Shown here: one piece after another, positions 44,479 through 55,451 of the stretch
How the letters are laid out: every line of letters starts with the position of its first letter
Position numbering within the stretch: position 1 is the first letter of the stretch
Source of the DNA: Lachnospiraceae bacterium
GTDB lineage: Bacteria; Bacillota; Clostridia; Lachnospirales; Lachnospiraceae
Reading direction: 5' to 3'
Length of the DNA stretch: 64,000 bases
Assembly (NCBI GenBank): GCA_024403255.1
Contig: JAKSSE010000002.1
Location: 4,279-68,278 of the forward strand
The notes under the pieces: generated by a model
Databases searched by the model: none
The model's input: only the letters and a program-made list of their open reading frames with translations
Told to the model about the DNA's origin: nothing
Program-made: the position numbers and the translations under genes

Positions 44479-45504
44479 ATGGAAAAGAAAAATCTTGACT
44501 GGTCCAATCTTCCTTTCGGTTATATTCAGACCGAAAAGAGATTCGTTTCAAATTACAAAAATGGAGCTTGGGACGATGGTGTAATTACTGAAGATGCAAA
44601 CATTACTCTTAATGAGTGTGCAGGTGTTTTCCAGTATGCGCAGACTGTTTTCGAAGGCCTTAAGGCATATACAACTGAGGAAGGTAAAATTGTATGCTTC
44701 CGTCCAGACTTAAATGCTGAAAGACTTGCAACTTCAGCAAAGCGCCTTGAGATGCCAGTTTTTCCAGAGGATAAATTCATTGATGCAGTTGTAGAAGTAG
44801 TAAAGGCAAATGCTGCTTATGTTCCACCTTACGGATCAGGAGCTACTTTATATATTCGTCCATATATGATGGGTACAAATCCTGTTATCGGTGTTAAGCC
44901 AGCAGATGAGTATCAGTTTAGAATTTTCTGTACTCCAGTTGGCCCATACTTCAAGGGCGGTGTAAAGCCTCTTACCATCAAGGTTTCTGATTTTGACCGT
45001 GCAGCACCTTGCGGAACTGGTCATGTAAAGGGTGGTCTTAACTATGCTATGAGTCTTCATGCAATTGTTACTGCACATGAAGAGGGCTTTGATGAGAATA
45101 TGTACCTTGACCCTAAGACTCGTACTTATGTTGAGGAAACTGGTGGAGCAAACTTCATTTTCATTACTAAAGATGGCAAGCTTGTAACTCCTAAGTCAGA
45201 CAGTATTCTCCCATCTATCACTCGCCGTTCAATTCTTTATGTTGCTAAGGAGTATCTTGGCATGGAAGTTGAAGAGCGTAAGATTCCTCTTTCAGAGGTT
45301 TCAGAGTTCGCAGAGTGTGGACTTTGCGGTACTGCAGCAGTTATCTCTCCTGTTGGAAAGATTGTTGATCATGGTAAGGAAATCTGCATCCCAGCAGGAA
45401 TGACAGATATGGGTCCTATTACCAAGAAGCTTTATGATACTCTTACTGGTATTCAGATGGGTCGCATCGAAGCACCAGAAGGATGGATTAAAGAAATCTG
45501 CTAA
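44479..45504 (+). CDS. ilvE: branched-chain amino acid aminotransferase
   Basis: Class IV aminotransferase: VFEGLKAY, and ETGGANFIF/GITR-like blocks. 341 aa. Confidence 0.9.
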   Translation: MEKKNLDWSNLPFGYIQTEKRFVSNYKNGAWDDGVITEDANITLNECAGVFQYAQTVFEGLKAYTTEEGKIVCFRPDLNAERLATSAKRLEMPVFPEDKFIDAVVEVVKANAAYVPPYGSGATLYIRPYMMGTNPVIGVKPADEYQFRIFCTPVGPYFKGGVKPLTIKVSDFDRAAPCGTGHVKGGLNYAMSLHAIVTAHEEGFDENMYLDPKTRTYVEETGGANFIFITKDGKLVTPKSDSILPSITRRSILYVAKEYLGMEVEERKIPLSEVSEFAECGLCGTAAVISPVGKIVDHGKEICIPAGMTDMGPITKKLYDTLTGIQMGRIEAPEGWIKEIC

Positions 45505-45525
45505 TTATAAAGTGAAACTTATTTT

Positions 45526-45554
45526 CTGCCACCCATATGGGTGGCAGTTTTATT
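45526..45554 (+). terminator. intrinsic terminator
   Basis: CTGCCACCCA-tat-GGGTGGCAG followed by TTTTATTTT. Confidence 0.85.
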
Positions 45555-45649
45555 TTGGAAAAAAGAATCATATTTAGTTAACATACTTGTAATAATTTTC
45601 ATAATTTTGTAAAATATTAGCGACATCAAGGGCTCCGTGAGGAGACATT

Positions 45650-46213
45650 ATGAAAAAAAGAATACTGATATTTGCATTTGTTTTTCTGGTTTTTACCGGA
45701 TGTGGTAGTGATGATTATCTTTGTGTAGCTACTAATCAGGAAGAATTGGATGCTGTTACAGAATCGTCTGAAGATGAAACAGAACTTGGATCTGAAACCA
45801 TTTTTATTCAGTTGACAGGTGAAGTTCTAAGACCTGGAGTGTATGAAATGCATCAGGGCGCAAGGCTATATGAGGCTATAGAGCTTTCTGGTGGCCTTCT
45901 AGATGATGCTGCTGAAGAAATTAATCAGGTTCAGATTCTTTCGGATGGTCAGCTTATTCACATTCCTTCAAAAGAAGAGTTTATGGAAGAAAGCGAAAGG
46001 CAAAAAGAAGATGATGATGGGTTAATTGATTTAAATCGGGCTACAGCATCGGAATTATTATCTCTCCCAGGGATAGGGGAGAATAAAGCAAATCAGATTA
46101 TTTCGTTCCGCGATATGAATGGCAGCTTCTCTTCGAAAGAAGATTTAATGAAAGTGCCGGGCATAAAAGAGGGAACTTATAGCAAACTTGAAGCATACAT
46201 TACAGTGAGATAG
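45650..46213 (+). CDS. comEA: ComEA family DNA-binding competence protein
   Basis: Lipobox-like FTGCGS, SLBB-like GEVLRPGVYE, and C-terminal helix-hairpin-helix LNRATASELLSLPGIGENKANQII. Confidence 0.85.
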   Translation: MKKRILIFAFVFLVFTGCGSDDYLCVATNQEELDAVTESSEDETELGSETIFIQLTGEVLRPGVYEMHQGARLYEAIELSGGLLDDAAEEINQVQILSDGQLIHIPSKEEFMEESERQKEDDDGLIDLNRATASELLSLPGIGENKANQIISFRDMNGSFSSKEDLMKVPGIKEGTYSKLEAYITVR

Positions 46214-46216
46214 TTC

Positions 46217-46906
46217 ATGAGTAAAAAGGTATTAGTCGTAGACGACGAAAAGTTAATAGTCAAAGGCATTCGATTTTCTCTCGCACAGGATGGAATGGAT
46301 GTTGACGTTGCTTACGATGGCGAAGAAGCGTTAAACAAGGTTAAAGAAAATGATTTTGATCTTGTTCTTCTTGACGTTATGCTTCCCAAGATGGATGGGT
46401 TTCAGGTTTGTCAGGCAATCAGAGAATTTTCAGATGTGCCTGTAGTAATGCTCACAGCTCGTGGCGATGATATGGATAAGATTCTCGGCCTTGATAACGG
46501 TGCCGATGACTATATTACAAAACCTTTTAATATTCTTGAAGTTAAGGCTCGTATTAAAGCTATAATGAGACGTTCTGAAAAGAAGGAAGCTCCGATTCAG
46601 AAAACATCTCGAATAACTGAGGGAGATATTACTGTTGACCTCGATAGCAAGAGGTTTTTCGTGAATGGTAAAGAAATCAGTCTTACCACTAAAGAGTTTG
46701 AACTTTTCTATCTCATGATGCAAAATCCAGGGAAAATTTATTCAAGGCAGAGTCTGCTTACTACTGTCTGGGGAGATGATTATCCTGGGGACGAGAGAAC
46801 CGTTGATGTTCATGTTAGACGACTTCGTGAGAAGATTGAGGATGTACCGGCAGAACCAAAGTATGTTCATACAAAGTGGGGTGCTGGGTACTACTATCAG
46901 CAGTAA
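46217..46906 (+). CDS. OmpR/PhoB-family response regulator
   Basis: Receiver (VLVVDDE ... LVLLDVMLP ... ITKPF) and a winged helix (LTTKEFELFYLM ... VDVHVRRLREKI). Confidence 0.9.
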   Translation: MSKKVLVVDDEKLIVKGIRFSLAQDGMDVDVAYDGEEALNKVKENDFDLVLLDVMLPKMDGFQVCQAIREFSDVPVVMLTARGDDMDKILGLDNGADDYITKPFNILEVKARIKAIMRRSEKKEAPIQKTSRITEGDITVDLDSKRFFVNGKEISLTTKEFELFYLMMQNPGKIYSRQSLLTTVWGDDYPGDERTVDVHVRRLREKIEDVPAEPKYVHTKWGAGYYYQQ

Positions 46907-46909
46907 TAT

Positions 46910-48355
46910 ATGGAGAAGCTTAAAGAATTCTTTTACAGTCTAAAAGTCAGGCTGTTTTGCTGTTTCCTGTTAGCTATTATTCTTCCAGGAATCGTTTTTT
47001 CTATCACAATTCCCAAATTTTTTATCCAGAGCAAACTCGCAGATCTTGCTGCAGAGTCTTTAAGCCATGCACAGGCACTTGCTGATCAGGTGGCTGGTAC
47101 CAGCTATTTAAGTGATGTAAACAGTAACCAGCAAATAGATGGTGAGGTTACTGCACTTGCAGATTTTACTGATAGCCGACTTATATTGGTTGATAGTAAC
47201 TTTAGGGTTGTTAAAGATACCAATAATGTTGCTGTTGGAAAAATAATGGTTAGTACTGAGGTCATCAAGAGTATTCAGGGAGAGGCAATTACAAATTATA
47301 AAGAGAATTCTAATTATATTGAAATAGCAGTTCCTATTAAGATGACCAACGAAGAAGAACCTCATGGTGTTCTTATTTATTGTGTTTCTACAGATGACAT
47401 TAGGCAGTCTAAGCTAACCATAATCTCTATGTGTGGTTTTATACTGATAGTGCTATTGATTATGGCAGTTGGAATTTCTGTTATCGGTTCGTGGACGCTG
47501 GTTAAGCCTTATAATCTTGTTGCTGAAGAAATATCTGGTATTAAATCTGGTGCAGAAATAAAAATTACCCACAAATCACATAAAGAGATGAATGAGATTA
47601 TTGATGGGTTTAATGATTTGATGAGTGGAATGAGGGCAAAGGATGAAGCTCAGGCTCAGTTCGTTTCAAATGTCTCTCACGAGCTTAAAACTCCTCTTAC
47701 ATCTATGAAGGTCCTTGCTGACAGTATAGGTAGTATGGGTGAGGATGTTCCTGTTGAAATGTATAGAGAATTCATGGAAGATATAACAGGTGAAATTGAT
47801 CGTGAGACTGATATTATAAATGACCTATTGGCACTTGTACGTATGGACAGAGCGGCTTCATTTAGCGCATCTCCTACCAATATGAATGATTTGCTTGAAC
47901 TTATCATGAAGCGTATCGCTCCAATTGCAGAGACTAAAAAAGTTGAACTTGTACTTGAAAGCTTTAGGCCAGTAGTTGCCGATATTGATGAAATTAAAAT
48001 GGGGCAGGCACTGACTAATCTTATTGAAAACGCGGTGAAGTATAACAAAGAAGAGGGATGGGTGCATATCTCATTGAACGCAGATCATCAGTATTGCTAT
48101 ATAAAAATTGCTGATAATGGAATCGGCATACCGGCAGACTCTATCGACCATATTTTTGAGCGTTTTTACAGGGTGGATCAGTCACATTCAAGGGAGATAC
48201 CAGGAAGTGGTCTGGGTCTTGCAATTACCCAGCAGGCGGTACTCTTGCATCATGGAGAGATTAAAGCATACAGCGTAGAAGATGAGGGAACTACCTTTGA
48301 TATCAGGTTCCCACTAAAATATATTGAGAAGGAGCAGGTGAATGAAGAAGCATAA
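46910..48355 (+). CDS. sensor histidine kinase (HAMP plus HisKA plus HATPase_c)
   Basis: Two TM helices, H-box FVSNVSHELKTPLT, and NLIENAVKYN, DNGIGI and GSGLGLAI. Confidence 0.9.
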   Translation: MEKLKEFFYSLKVRLFCCFLLAIILPGIVFSITIPKFFIQSKLADLAAESLSHAQALADQVAGTSYLSDVNSNQQIDGEVTALADFTDSRLILVDSNFRVVKDTNNVAVGKIMVSTEVIKSIQGEAITNYKENSNYIEIAVPIKMTNEEEPHGVLIYCVSTDDIRQSKLTIISMCGFILIVLLIMAVGISVIGSWTLVKPYNLVAEEISGIKSGAEIKITHKSHKEMNEIIDGFNDLMSGMRAKDEAQAQFVSNVSHELKTPLTSMKVLADSIGSMGEDVPVEMYREFMEDITGEIDRETDIINDLLALVRMDRAASFSASPTNMNDLLELIMKRIAPIAETKKVELVLESFRPVVADIDEIKMGQALTNLIENAVKYNKEEGWVHISLNADHQYCYIKIADNGIGIPADSIDHIFERFYRVDQSHSREIPGSGLGLAITQQAVLLHHGEIKAYSVEDEGTTFDIRFPLKYIEKEQVNEEA

Positions 48356-49295
48356 AATTATAATGCTGGCTTTTGTGCTTGCCCTTTCGGTTTGCACTGT
48401 TGGCTGCAAAAAAACTGATAGTAAAAATGATAATCAAACATATATTGAGTTCATATCGGCTGATGAGACTTCAACTGTAAAAGTTCCTTATCAGTTTGTT
48501 TCTGGAAGTCCAGAACAACAGATAGCAGATCTTTTGCTTAAGCTTCATACAGAACAGACAGGTACTGATTATAAGCGTACACTTCCAGCAGATGTGGAAA
48601 TAGTAAACTGGGAACTTAAGGATAATATTTGCTATATTGCATTTGATTCAGATTATTATTCTATGAGCAGGACTAGAGAAGTGCTGGTTCGTGCTGCGAT
48701 AGTAAGAACTCTGGTTCAGGTAGAAGGGGTAGATAGTGTGCAGTTTACAGTTGGAGGAGGGACTCTTTTAGACTCTTCTTCTAATGTAGTAGGCCTTATG
48801 TCAGCAAATACTTTCTTGGAAAATATAGGGGATGAGATAGCTACGCTTGAAGAAAAGAGACTCACCTTATATTTTGCATCTGCTGATGGTCAGGTACTCG
48901 TTCCTGAAACCAGAAAGGTTTATTACGATAGCAACACATCTCTAGAACGTATTGTTGTTGATAATTTGTTGTTAGGACCAGATGACGCGGATTCAAGAAG
49001 TGTAATGCCGCAAGGCACACGAGTAATAGATGTAACAACAAATGCGGGAGTATGTTACGTTAATCTTAGCGTGGAATTTTTAAATCAGAACTATGATCTA
49101 TCAGAACAGGTTATAGTTTATTCAATAGTTGATTCTCTCACAGAATTGGATTCTGTTCAGAAGGTTCAGATATATGTTAATGGCGAGACTAAAACTGTGT
49201 ACAGGGATAGTGTTAACATTTCGTCACCTGTTGAGAGAAATAACACATATTTTGCAACTCCAGAAGAAGAGGAAGTGACTTCTCTTCAGGAGTAG
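48342..49295 (+). CDS. GerMN domain-containing lipoprotein
   Basis: Lipobox TVGC and two GerMN-like repeats (LLLGP ... V..V ... G.CYVNLS). The start overlaps the kinase gene 3' end by 14 nt. Confidence 0.65.
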   Translation: MKKHKIIMLAFVLALSVCTVGCKKTDSKNDNQTYIEFISADETSTVKVPYQFVSGSPEQQIADLLLKLHTEQTGTDYKRTLPADVEIVNWELKDNICYIAFDSDYYSMSRTREVLVRAAIVRTLVQVEGVDSVQFTVGGGTLLDSSSNVVGLMSANTFLENIGDEIATLEEKRLTLYFASADGQVLVPETRKVYYDSNTSLERIVVDNLLLGPDDADSRSVMPQGTRVIDVTTNAGVCYVNLSVEFLNQNYDLSEQVIVYSIVDSLTELDSVQKVQIYVNGETKTVYRDSVNISSPVERNNTYFATPEEEEVTSLQE

Positions 49296-49305
49296 AAGGA
49301 GATAA

Positions 49306-51750
49306 ATGACAAAACGCTGCCTATGTCCGGTAGCAATTTGTTTCATTTTTGGATTAATCTTTTCTCTTAAGGATATAAAGTGGATTCTTGTCCCATTTGG
49401 GATTCTTGAAATATACATTTTCCTTAGACTTAAAAATTACAATATGATAAAAAGAGCCCTATTTATAGCAGGGCTTCTTTTTGCCACCTTTGTTTTTTCG
49501 GCTATATGGAGCTATAAAATAGAAAACAAAAGGTTTAAATATTTAAATGATTTATCTGATGGACAAACAATTCTTGTTCAGGGAAGATTGTACAAAAAAG
49601 AAGCTAAAGGCGACCGGTATAATTTATATTTGGATAAAGCACGTATAGCGATAAACGATACGTCTGTTTTGTGTGGGGATATTCTGGTTTCAAGCGAAAG
49701 TGATAATTATGTGTTAGGAAATATTCTTGTGGTAGAGGGACGGTACCGTGAGTTTGACGTTGCCCGAAATGAAGGAAACTATGATGAAAAAAATACATAT
49801 TACAGCAATGGGATAGATATAAAAATTGATAGTGTATGTAATATCAAAGAATACGGTAATGACATGACGTACCGGGAACGCCTGCACCAAATGAAAGATA
49901 AAATGAAAAACGTTATGCAGCTGTATTTGGGTGAAGAATATTATCCACTTCTTTCGGCGGTTGTGCTGGGCGATAAAACAGATGTTACGTCAGAAGAAAA
50001 GGAGTTATATAAAAAAGCTGGATTATCACATATTCTGTCTGTTTCAGGATTGCATATTTCCCTGCTGTGTTTGGGCTTTTTTGAGTTACTAAGAAAGCTG
50101 AAATGTTCAAGGATAGTATCGATTATACTAGCTGTGATGTTTGGGGTAATTTACTGTACTTTTTCTGGGGCGAGTGTATCGACGCAAAGAGCTGTTGGAA
50201 TGTTTATTGCATCAATGATAGCTATGAGCTTGGGAGAGGCCTATGATATGCTGTCGGCTCTTTGCTTTATGGGGATAATAATCCTGCTGACCAATCCTCT
50301 TGCGCTTTTTGCTCCGGGTTTTCTCCTTTCCTTTGGTGCAGTTATAGGAATATCCGTAACGGCAAAATGCTTCCAGGATTTTTATGGAGTTCTTTCAAAA
50401 CGGCGGGATTTTCTGCGTAGTTATAAGCGTCATTTAAGTAGGAAAAATGAAAAGTTATTCGCAAGAAAGATTACAAGATATTTTGATAACCTTTCGTCTG
50501 TTTTTATTGCAAATATTTCTATTACAATCACTACCTTTCCAATAGTGCTATGGTTTTATTATGAGATACCGACACTTTCACTTTTTATCAATATGCTTGC
50601 GATTCCTTTAATGGGATTACTTGTAGGTCTTGGCTTTGTGGGAGCTTTGTTTGGAACTATATATATTCCTCTTGGCACTTTTATTATACCCACCAAATAC
50701 ATAATAGAATTTTACAGAGTATTGTCGCATCTTGTTGAAAGTGTTCCGTTTTCCACATGGATTATAGGAAAACCTAAAATGTCAGGCATAATAGCATATT
50801 ACGTTGTACTGGGTGTGGTTTTGAATGTGGTAAGGTATTACAAGGAAAATTGTTTAGAAGCTAATGACAATACACCTAAAGCTATTGGTTATGAAATGAG
50901 AATTTTTCGTAGAAAAATACAGATGTTTTATTTTTCGATGCTTCTTTGTTTTGGGATGTCTTTGGCTTTTCTCTCCTTTTTTGTCGATAAAAAACCTTGT
51001 ATAAAAATGCTCGATGTTGGACAGGGTGATGGAATATTTGTAAGAACGGATTCGGGGAAGGATATTTTTATTGATGGCGGTTCCAGCTCTGTTAAGAAAG
51101 TTGGTAAATATCGAATTATTCCCTTCTTGAAATGTGTTGGTGCTGATAATATAGATTTCTGGTTCATATCACACCCTGATGAGGATCATATTTGTGGACT
51201 TATTGAAGCGTTAAATAATGGATATCAGGTAGATAAAATTCTGGTGTCAAAATATATTGATAGAAATGGCCTTTTCGATGAGGTTGTGAATTTGTCAAAA
51301 GAAAGAGGGGTACAAATAATATATCTTTCAGCAAATGATGAGCTAATTGTAGGAAATTCACATTTTAAATGTATATCCCCTTATAAAAAGGAAATGACCA
51401 CTAATGATAGTTCTTTGGTTGTGCTTTATCAATCGGAAAATTTGGAAGCTCTGTTCACGGGTGATGTAGGAAAGAATGCGGAAAAAGAGATAGTAAATCG
51501 CATTTGTTTTGAAAATGGTGAAAAACTTAGATTATTAAAAGTAGCGCATCATGGAAGTAAAAGTTCCTCGGATGAAAAGTTTATTGAGATTTTTCATCCA
51601 GACATTGCGTTAATATCAGCGGGGAAAAATAATTCCTATGGTCATCCGCATAAAGAAACATTGGAGATTCTTAAAGATAACAAAGTTGAGATTCATAGAA
51701 CTGATTTGGAGGGTGAAATCATAATTGTAGATAAAAATAACAAGCCGTGA
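49306..51750 (+). CDS. comEC: DNA internalisation competence protein ComEC/Rec2
   Basis: 814 aa: N-terminal OB region, a polytopic competence domain (GLSHILSVSGLHI) and a C-terminal MBL domain (MLDVGQGD ... ISHPDEDH ... VAHHGS). Confidence 0.9.
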   Translation: MTKRCLCPVAICFIFGLIFSLKDIKWILVPFGILEIYIFLRLKNYNMIKRALFIAGLLFATFVFSAIWSYKIENKRFKYLNDLSDGQTILVQGRLYKKEAKGDRYNLYLDKARIAINDTSVLCGDILVSSESDNYVLGNILVVEGRYREFDVARNEGNYDEKNTYYSNGIDIKIDSVCNIKEYGNDMTYRERLHQMKDKMKNVMQLYLGEEYYPLLSAVVLGDKTDVTSEEKELYKKAGLSHILSVSGLHISLLCLGFFELLRKLKCSRIVSIILAVMFGVIYCTFSGASVSTQRAVGMFIASMIAMSLGEAYDMLSALCFMGIIILLTNPLALFAPGFLLSFGAVIGISVTAKCFQDFYGVLSKRRDFLRSYKRHLSRKNEKLFARKITRYFDNLSSVFIANISITITTFPIVLWFYYEIPTLSLFINMLAIPLMGLLVGLGFVGALFGTIYIPLGTFIIPTKYIIEFYRVLSHLVESVPFSTWIIGKPKMSGIIAYYVVLGVVLNVVRYYKENCLEANDNTPKAIGYEMRIFRRKIQMFYFSMLLCFGMSLAFLSFFVDKKPCIKMLDVGQGDGIFVRTDSGKDIFIDGGSSSVKKVGKYRIIPFLKCVGADNIDFWFISHPDEDHICGLIEALNNGYQVDKILVSKYIDRNGLFDEVVNLSKERGVQIIYLSANDELIVGNSHFKCISPYKKEMTTNDSSLVVLYQSENLEALFTGDVGKNAEKEIVNRICFENGEKLRLLKVAHHGSKSSSDEKFIEIFHPDIALISAGKNNSYGHPHKETLEILKDNKVEIHRTDLEGEIIIVDKNNKP

Positions 51751-51756
51751 GGCTTG

Positions 51757-52497
51757 TTATAATTTTGCTAAAATTTCGAGAGCATTTTCCTCGATTACAG
51801 GTTTATAGTGCTCTTTTAATAAAAGATCACTACCTTTAAGACGTCTGTCCTTGCTACTGTACTCAGATATAATCTCGCAGATTGATTTGAACTCGTCTGG
51901 GCCATAACTTCCAGGAGAAATGAGTAAGTGTACTCCATGTCCCTGGCCAGTTTTATATACACTTGAAGGGAGCAGATGTTCCGGTGAAAGTAGATTAGCC
52001 AAAGAGATTAAGTCCTCCATCGAGTCAAATGAATAAATCATAAAAGGAGGAGCCTTAGGCTTTCTTTTTGTACCGTTTTCATTGGTGTCTACTTCTTCAG
52101 AAGGTTCATTCATTTTCTGAGCAATTGATTCCAAATGCTCAAAAATATTTGGCTCAGAAGAATCCAACTGGATTTCATCATTTTCAATAGGTGGATATTC
52201 TGATTCGTCGGCCTTGGAAAATCTTGAGAATCTTGCATCTAACTCTTCTGGATACTCAAGCTTAGTAATGATGAATGTGATATCGTCATTTTCAAGAGGT
52301 ATGGCCTCTACTACAAGAGGCAAATTATCAGAGCTAAAACCAAATTCATCTTTGGCCACTTTCATAATCTCATTTATTAGAGCTTTGGCTTTTTTAGAAC
52401 CATAAGAAAGCTCGCTAATCAGAACCTGCCTGTTGGCAAGTTCTGAAGCTGAAATTGTGCATGATATTTGAATGTCAGAATTCTTTTTTATTGTCAT
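51757..52497 (-). CDS. mecA: adaptor protein MecA
   Basis: N-terminal domain, an acidic linker and a C-terminal ClpC-binding-like domain. 246 aa. The overall pattern is typical of MecA. Confidence 0.7.
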   Translation of the reverse strand: MTIKKNSDIQISCTISASELANRQVLISELSYGSKKAKALINEIMKVAKDEFGFSSDNLPLVVEAIPLENDDITFIITKLEYPEELDARFSRFSKADESEYPPIENDEIQLDSSEPNIFEHLESIAQKMNEPSEEVDTNENGTKRKPKAPPFMIYSFDSMEDLISLANLLSPEHLLPSSVYKTGQGHGVHLLISPGSYGPDEFKSICEIISEYSSKDRRLKGSDLLLKEHYKPVIEENALEILAKL

Positions 52498-52499
52498 AA

Positions 52500-52709
52500 T
52501 TATGCTTCTTTTGAAGCAAGGAAATTGTTGATTGTAGAAACTAAATCATCAGGATCAAGTCCATGTACCATTGCAGCTTCTGCAATAGTTTCCATCTGAG
52601 AAGATGGACAGCCAAGACAGTGCATACCAATATTAAGAAGAATTGGAGCTACGTCTGCATCGATGTTTAAAAGTTCTCCGATCATTGTTTCTTTTGTGAT
52701 TTGTGCCAT
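52500..52709 (-). CDS. DUF1858 / hybrid-cluster-protein-associated redox disulfide domain protein
   Basis: [14 protein letters not shown] ... [25 protein letters not shown] is the characteristic CxxC small protein. Start set at the internal ATG. Confidence 0.7.
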   Translation of the reverse strand: MAQITKETMIGELLNIDADVAPILLNIGMHCLGCPSSQMETIAEAAMVHGLDPDDLVSTINNFLASKEA

Positions 52710-52728
52710 TTTACAAGCCCTCCTAGTT

Positions 52729-53616
52729 TTATTTCTCTTTTGGTTGTGGTCTGGATTTACCATAGAAGCAAACTGCTATGGTACCTGGACCCGAATGCGT
52801 TCCAATACTTGGATTGATGTTGTTAATAATTATATTCTTGAAAGGTGTTTTTTCAGCAATCATTTCACCTACAAGTTTTGCCTCTTCAAGACAGTTTCCA
52901 TGAGCGATACCCACAGGTGTTAAAGGATCTGTATCTGGATCCAAGTTCTCAATCATTTTGTCAACAAGTCCTGAAAGTGCTTTTTTTCTTCCGTGGAAAG
53001 TACCTTCAGATGAAAGGGTTCCTTCTGTTGTTACAAACATGAAAGGCTTGAGCTTTAAAGTTGAGCCTACTATAGCTGTAGTTTTGGAAACACGTCCACC
53101 TCTGTGAAGATGGAAGAGGTCATTTACAGTAAAGTATGCATTTATATGTGGGATAACGTTCTCTATATATTCTACGAGCTCATCGTATGAAGCTCCTTCA
53201 TTCTTTTTCTTGCATGCCAGGATAACAACTATGCCCTCGGCTAACGTAGCCTGGAGAGAATCAATGACAGTAATTTTAGCATCTTCGAATTCATCAGTTA
53301 ATTCGGTTTCTACCATACGTACGTTGTTGCAACTTCCACTTAACGAAGATGAAAACGAAATGTGAATGATATCTTTTCCGCTTTCAAGAATTGGTCTGAA
53401 TTTATCTTCGATTACTGCTGGATTACATGCCTGAGAAGTAGGCATCATACCATCTTTCATTCGCTGATAAAACTCTTCAGGTGATAAATTTACTTCGTCA
53501 CCATAAACGGTATCTCCAAAAGTATAATACTGTGGGATTACAGCAAGATCATTAGATAAAATAAATTCTTTAGGAAGGTCTGCGTTTGTGTCAGTGGTAA
53601 TTACGTAGTCTTTCAT
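52729..53616 (-). CDS. DegV family fatty-acid-binding protein
   Basis: [10 protein letters not shown] ... TSQ ... [10 protein letters not shown] ... [10 protein letters not shown]. Confidence 0.9.
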   Translation of the reverse strand: MKDYVITTDTNADLPKEFILSNDLAVIPQYYTFGDTVYGDEVNLSPEEFYQRMKDGMMPTSQACNPAVIEDKFRPILESGKDIIHISFSSSLSGSCNNVRMVETELTDEFEDAKITVIDSLQATLAEGIVVILACKKKNEGASYDELVEYIENVIPHINAYFTVNDLFHLHRGGRVSKTTAIVGSTLKLKPFMFVTTEGTLSSEGTFHGRKKALSGLVDKMIENLDPDTDPLTPVGIAHGNCLEEAKLVGEMIAEKTPFKNIIINNINPSIGTHSGPGTIAVCFYGKSRPQPKEK

Positions 53617-53629
53617 GATATCTCCTTGT

Positions 53630-55396
53630 TTATTCTGAGATGCTTGTTAATGCATCAACATTTAAGAATTCGCCAACTACAGGCCAAACACTTGAGTTTT
53701 CAAGTGTTAATTTCCAATATGCAGCGCCCGCAAGATTAAACTCCTGCAATACTCCAAATTTTAATTTAAGAGAGTCTGCATTTTCCACCCAAAGTTCTCT
53801 TTGTGTGCCATCTTTCTCGTAAGCCACATAGTACTGTCCGAGGTCATCTAACCATTTTACATCATCAGGATGAAGATTCATAACATCTTCCATTGCATCC
53901 ATAGATACTGCTATACATTTTAATGAATCGCCATCCATATAGAAGGCACGTCCATACATTGGCATACCAAGAATAACCTGCTCTGCAGGAACGTCGCCTA
54001 ATGTGTTTACAACTCCATCTCGAACGAAACCAATTGAAGCGTTGCTTCCGGCTTCGGTTGAACCAAAGTTGTGCTCATCATATCCCATTATGATTATATA
54101 GTCGGCATATTTTGCCTGTTCTGCTCTATTATAAAAAGCGGTGTAGTCGGTAGGAACGTAATTGTCAACAGAGAGAATTAATCCGGCTTTTTTACATTCG
54201 ATAGAAAGCTCTCTGATAAATTCAATATAACCTTCGCCAGCATCTACAGGTATTTCTTCAAAGTCGAGATTTATGCCATCTGCTCCGGAAGCAACTACAG
54301 AAGGAACAAGAGTATTTATCATCTCTGTTCGAAGGGAAGTTGAATTAAGCGCAGCGGCGTAGTCAGCATCTCTATCTTCAACATTTGAGAATAAAGCCCA
54401 AACCTGATAACCCTGTGAATGACAGGTATTAACATAATCTGCAGATGAAATATCAGCAATAAGATCACCAGCACTACTTATATAATACCATGTAGGACAC
54501 ATGACATTAACATTGGATAAAGTTGCAAGAGTGTCCGTAATCATGCCGTTTGCTGTCTGGTTCGTAACCTGATGCCAAGCTAAGGAAATATCCTTATTTA
54601 AGAGGTGATGTTCAACTGCCATTTCTGGAGCGGTTGCATAAACAACTGATGGCTCCGCTGGTGTAGTCTTTTTAGTCTGAATACATCCGAGCTCTCCGTT
54701 TTCTGAAAGCACGAAGCACCAGTCTTCGTAATCTTCAAGGAGCATTACAGTTGTGCCTTTAGGTACTTCTGCAAGGATAGGGCTCTTTGGGCCTCCGAAT
54801 CTTCTAAGGACGGTTTTTCTCTTGACTGTAAGGTTTGTTTGAGTAAAGCCATTGTGATAAATAATAGCTCTATTAGGGTTTGCAAAAACAGTTATATTGA
54901 TAGGAGAAAAGGTCGTTACAAAATTTGATTCAAGGCAGATTTCTCCGTGTAAATTTTTAACAGGAGCATAGTCCATAGAAACAGCCATGTCACCTGATTT
55001 GTAGCCGTTTTCATCAAGATGAGCTTCGTTTATAACAGAAGTAGTTGTGTATCTTAGAAGATTTTCGGTATAGTCGTAGTAATATCTGTTATCAAAGTTT
55101 GACTTTACGAAGCTTAGTTTAAGATACAATTTACCATCACTCATGAAAGCATAAGGTGAGTTAATGTCTTCTTTTTCAAGGAGTCTTCCATCGAGAATGA
55201 TCGCGGCTTCATCGTCAGTAGTCATATCGAAATATGTCTCATAACTCATAGTTTCGCTAGTTGCACCAAGCTTATCATAATAAATATAGAAAAGAGCTGC
55301 GCCGACTGCACAGAATATTAGTAGTATAAAAAGAGTGAGAATGGCTTTTGCCATGCGCCTTCTTCTTCTGTTTGCCTTTTGCCTAGAATTTGCCAT
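53630..55396 (-). CDS. glycoside hydrolase family 18 protein with an N-terminal membrane anchor and an SH3b-like domain
   Basis: Catalytic motif DGINLDFEE (DxxDxDxE), a TM anchor after a basic N-terminus, and an SH3-like block (AEVPKGTTVMLLEDYEDWCFV). Confidence 0.85.
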   Translation of the reverse strand: MANSRQKANRRRRRMAKAILTLFILLIFCAVGAALFYIYYDKLGATSETMSYETYFDMTTDDEAAIILDGRLLEKEDINSPYAFMSDGKLYLKLSFVKSNFDNRYYYDYTENLLRYTTTSVINEAHLDENGYKSGDMAVSMDYAPVKNLHGEICLESNFVTTFSPINITVFANPNRAIIYHNGFTQTNLTVKRKTVLRRFGGPKSPILAEVPKGTTVMLLEDYEDWCFVLSENGELGCIQTKKTTPAEPSVVYATAPEMAVEHHLLNKDISLAWHQVTNQTANGMITDTLATLSNVNVMCPTWYYISSAGDLIADISSADYVNTCHSQGYQVWALFSNVEDRDADYAAALNSTSLRTEMINTLVPSVVASGADGINLDFEEIPVDAGEGYIEFIRELSIECKKAGLILSVDNYVPTDYTAFYNRAEQAKYADYIIIMGYDEHNFGSTEAGSNASIGFVRDGVVNTLGDVPAEQVILGMPMYGRAFYMDGDSLKCIAVSMDAMEDVMNLHPDDVKWLDDLGQYYVAYEKDGTQRELWVENADSLKLKFGVLQEFNLAGAAYWKLTLENSSVWPVVGEFLNVDALTSISE

Positions 55397-55451
55397 TTTT
55401 GTTCCTTCTTATTATTAGTCAATCAAAAAAGAATTATATCATAGTAGCGTC

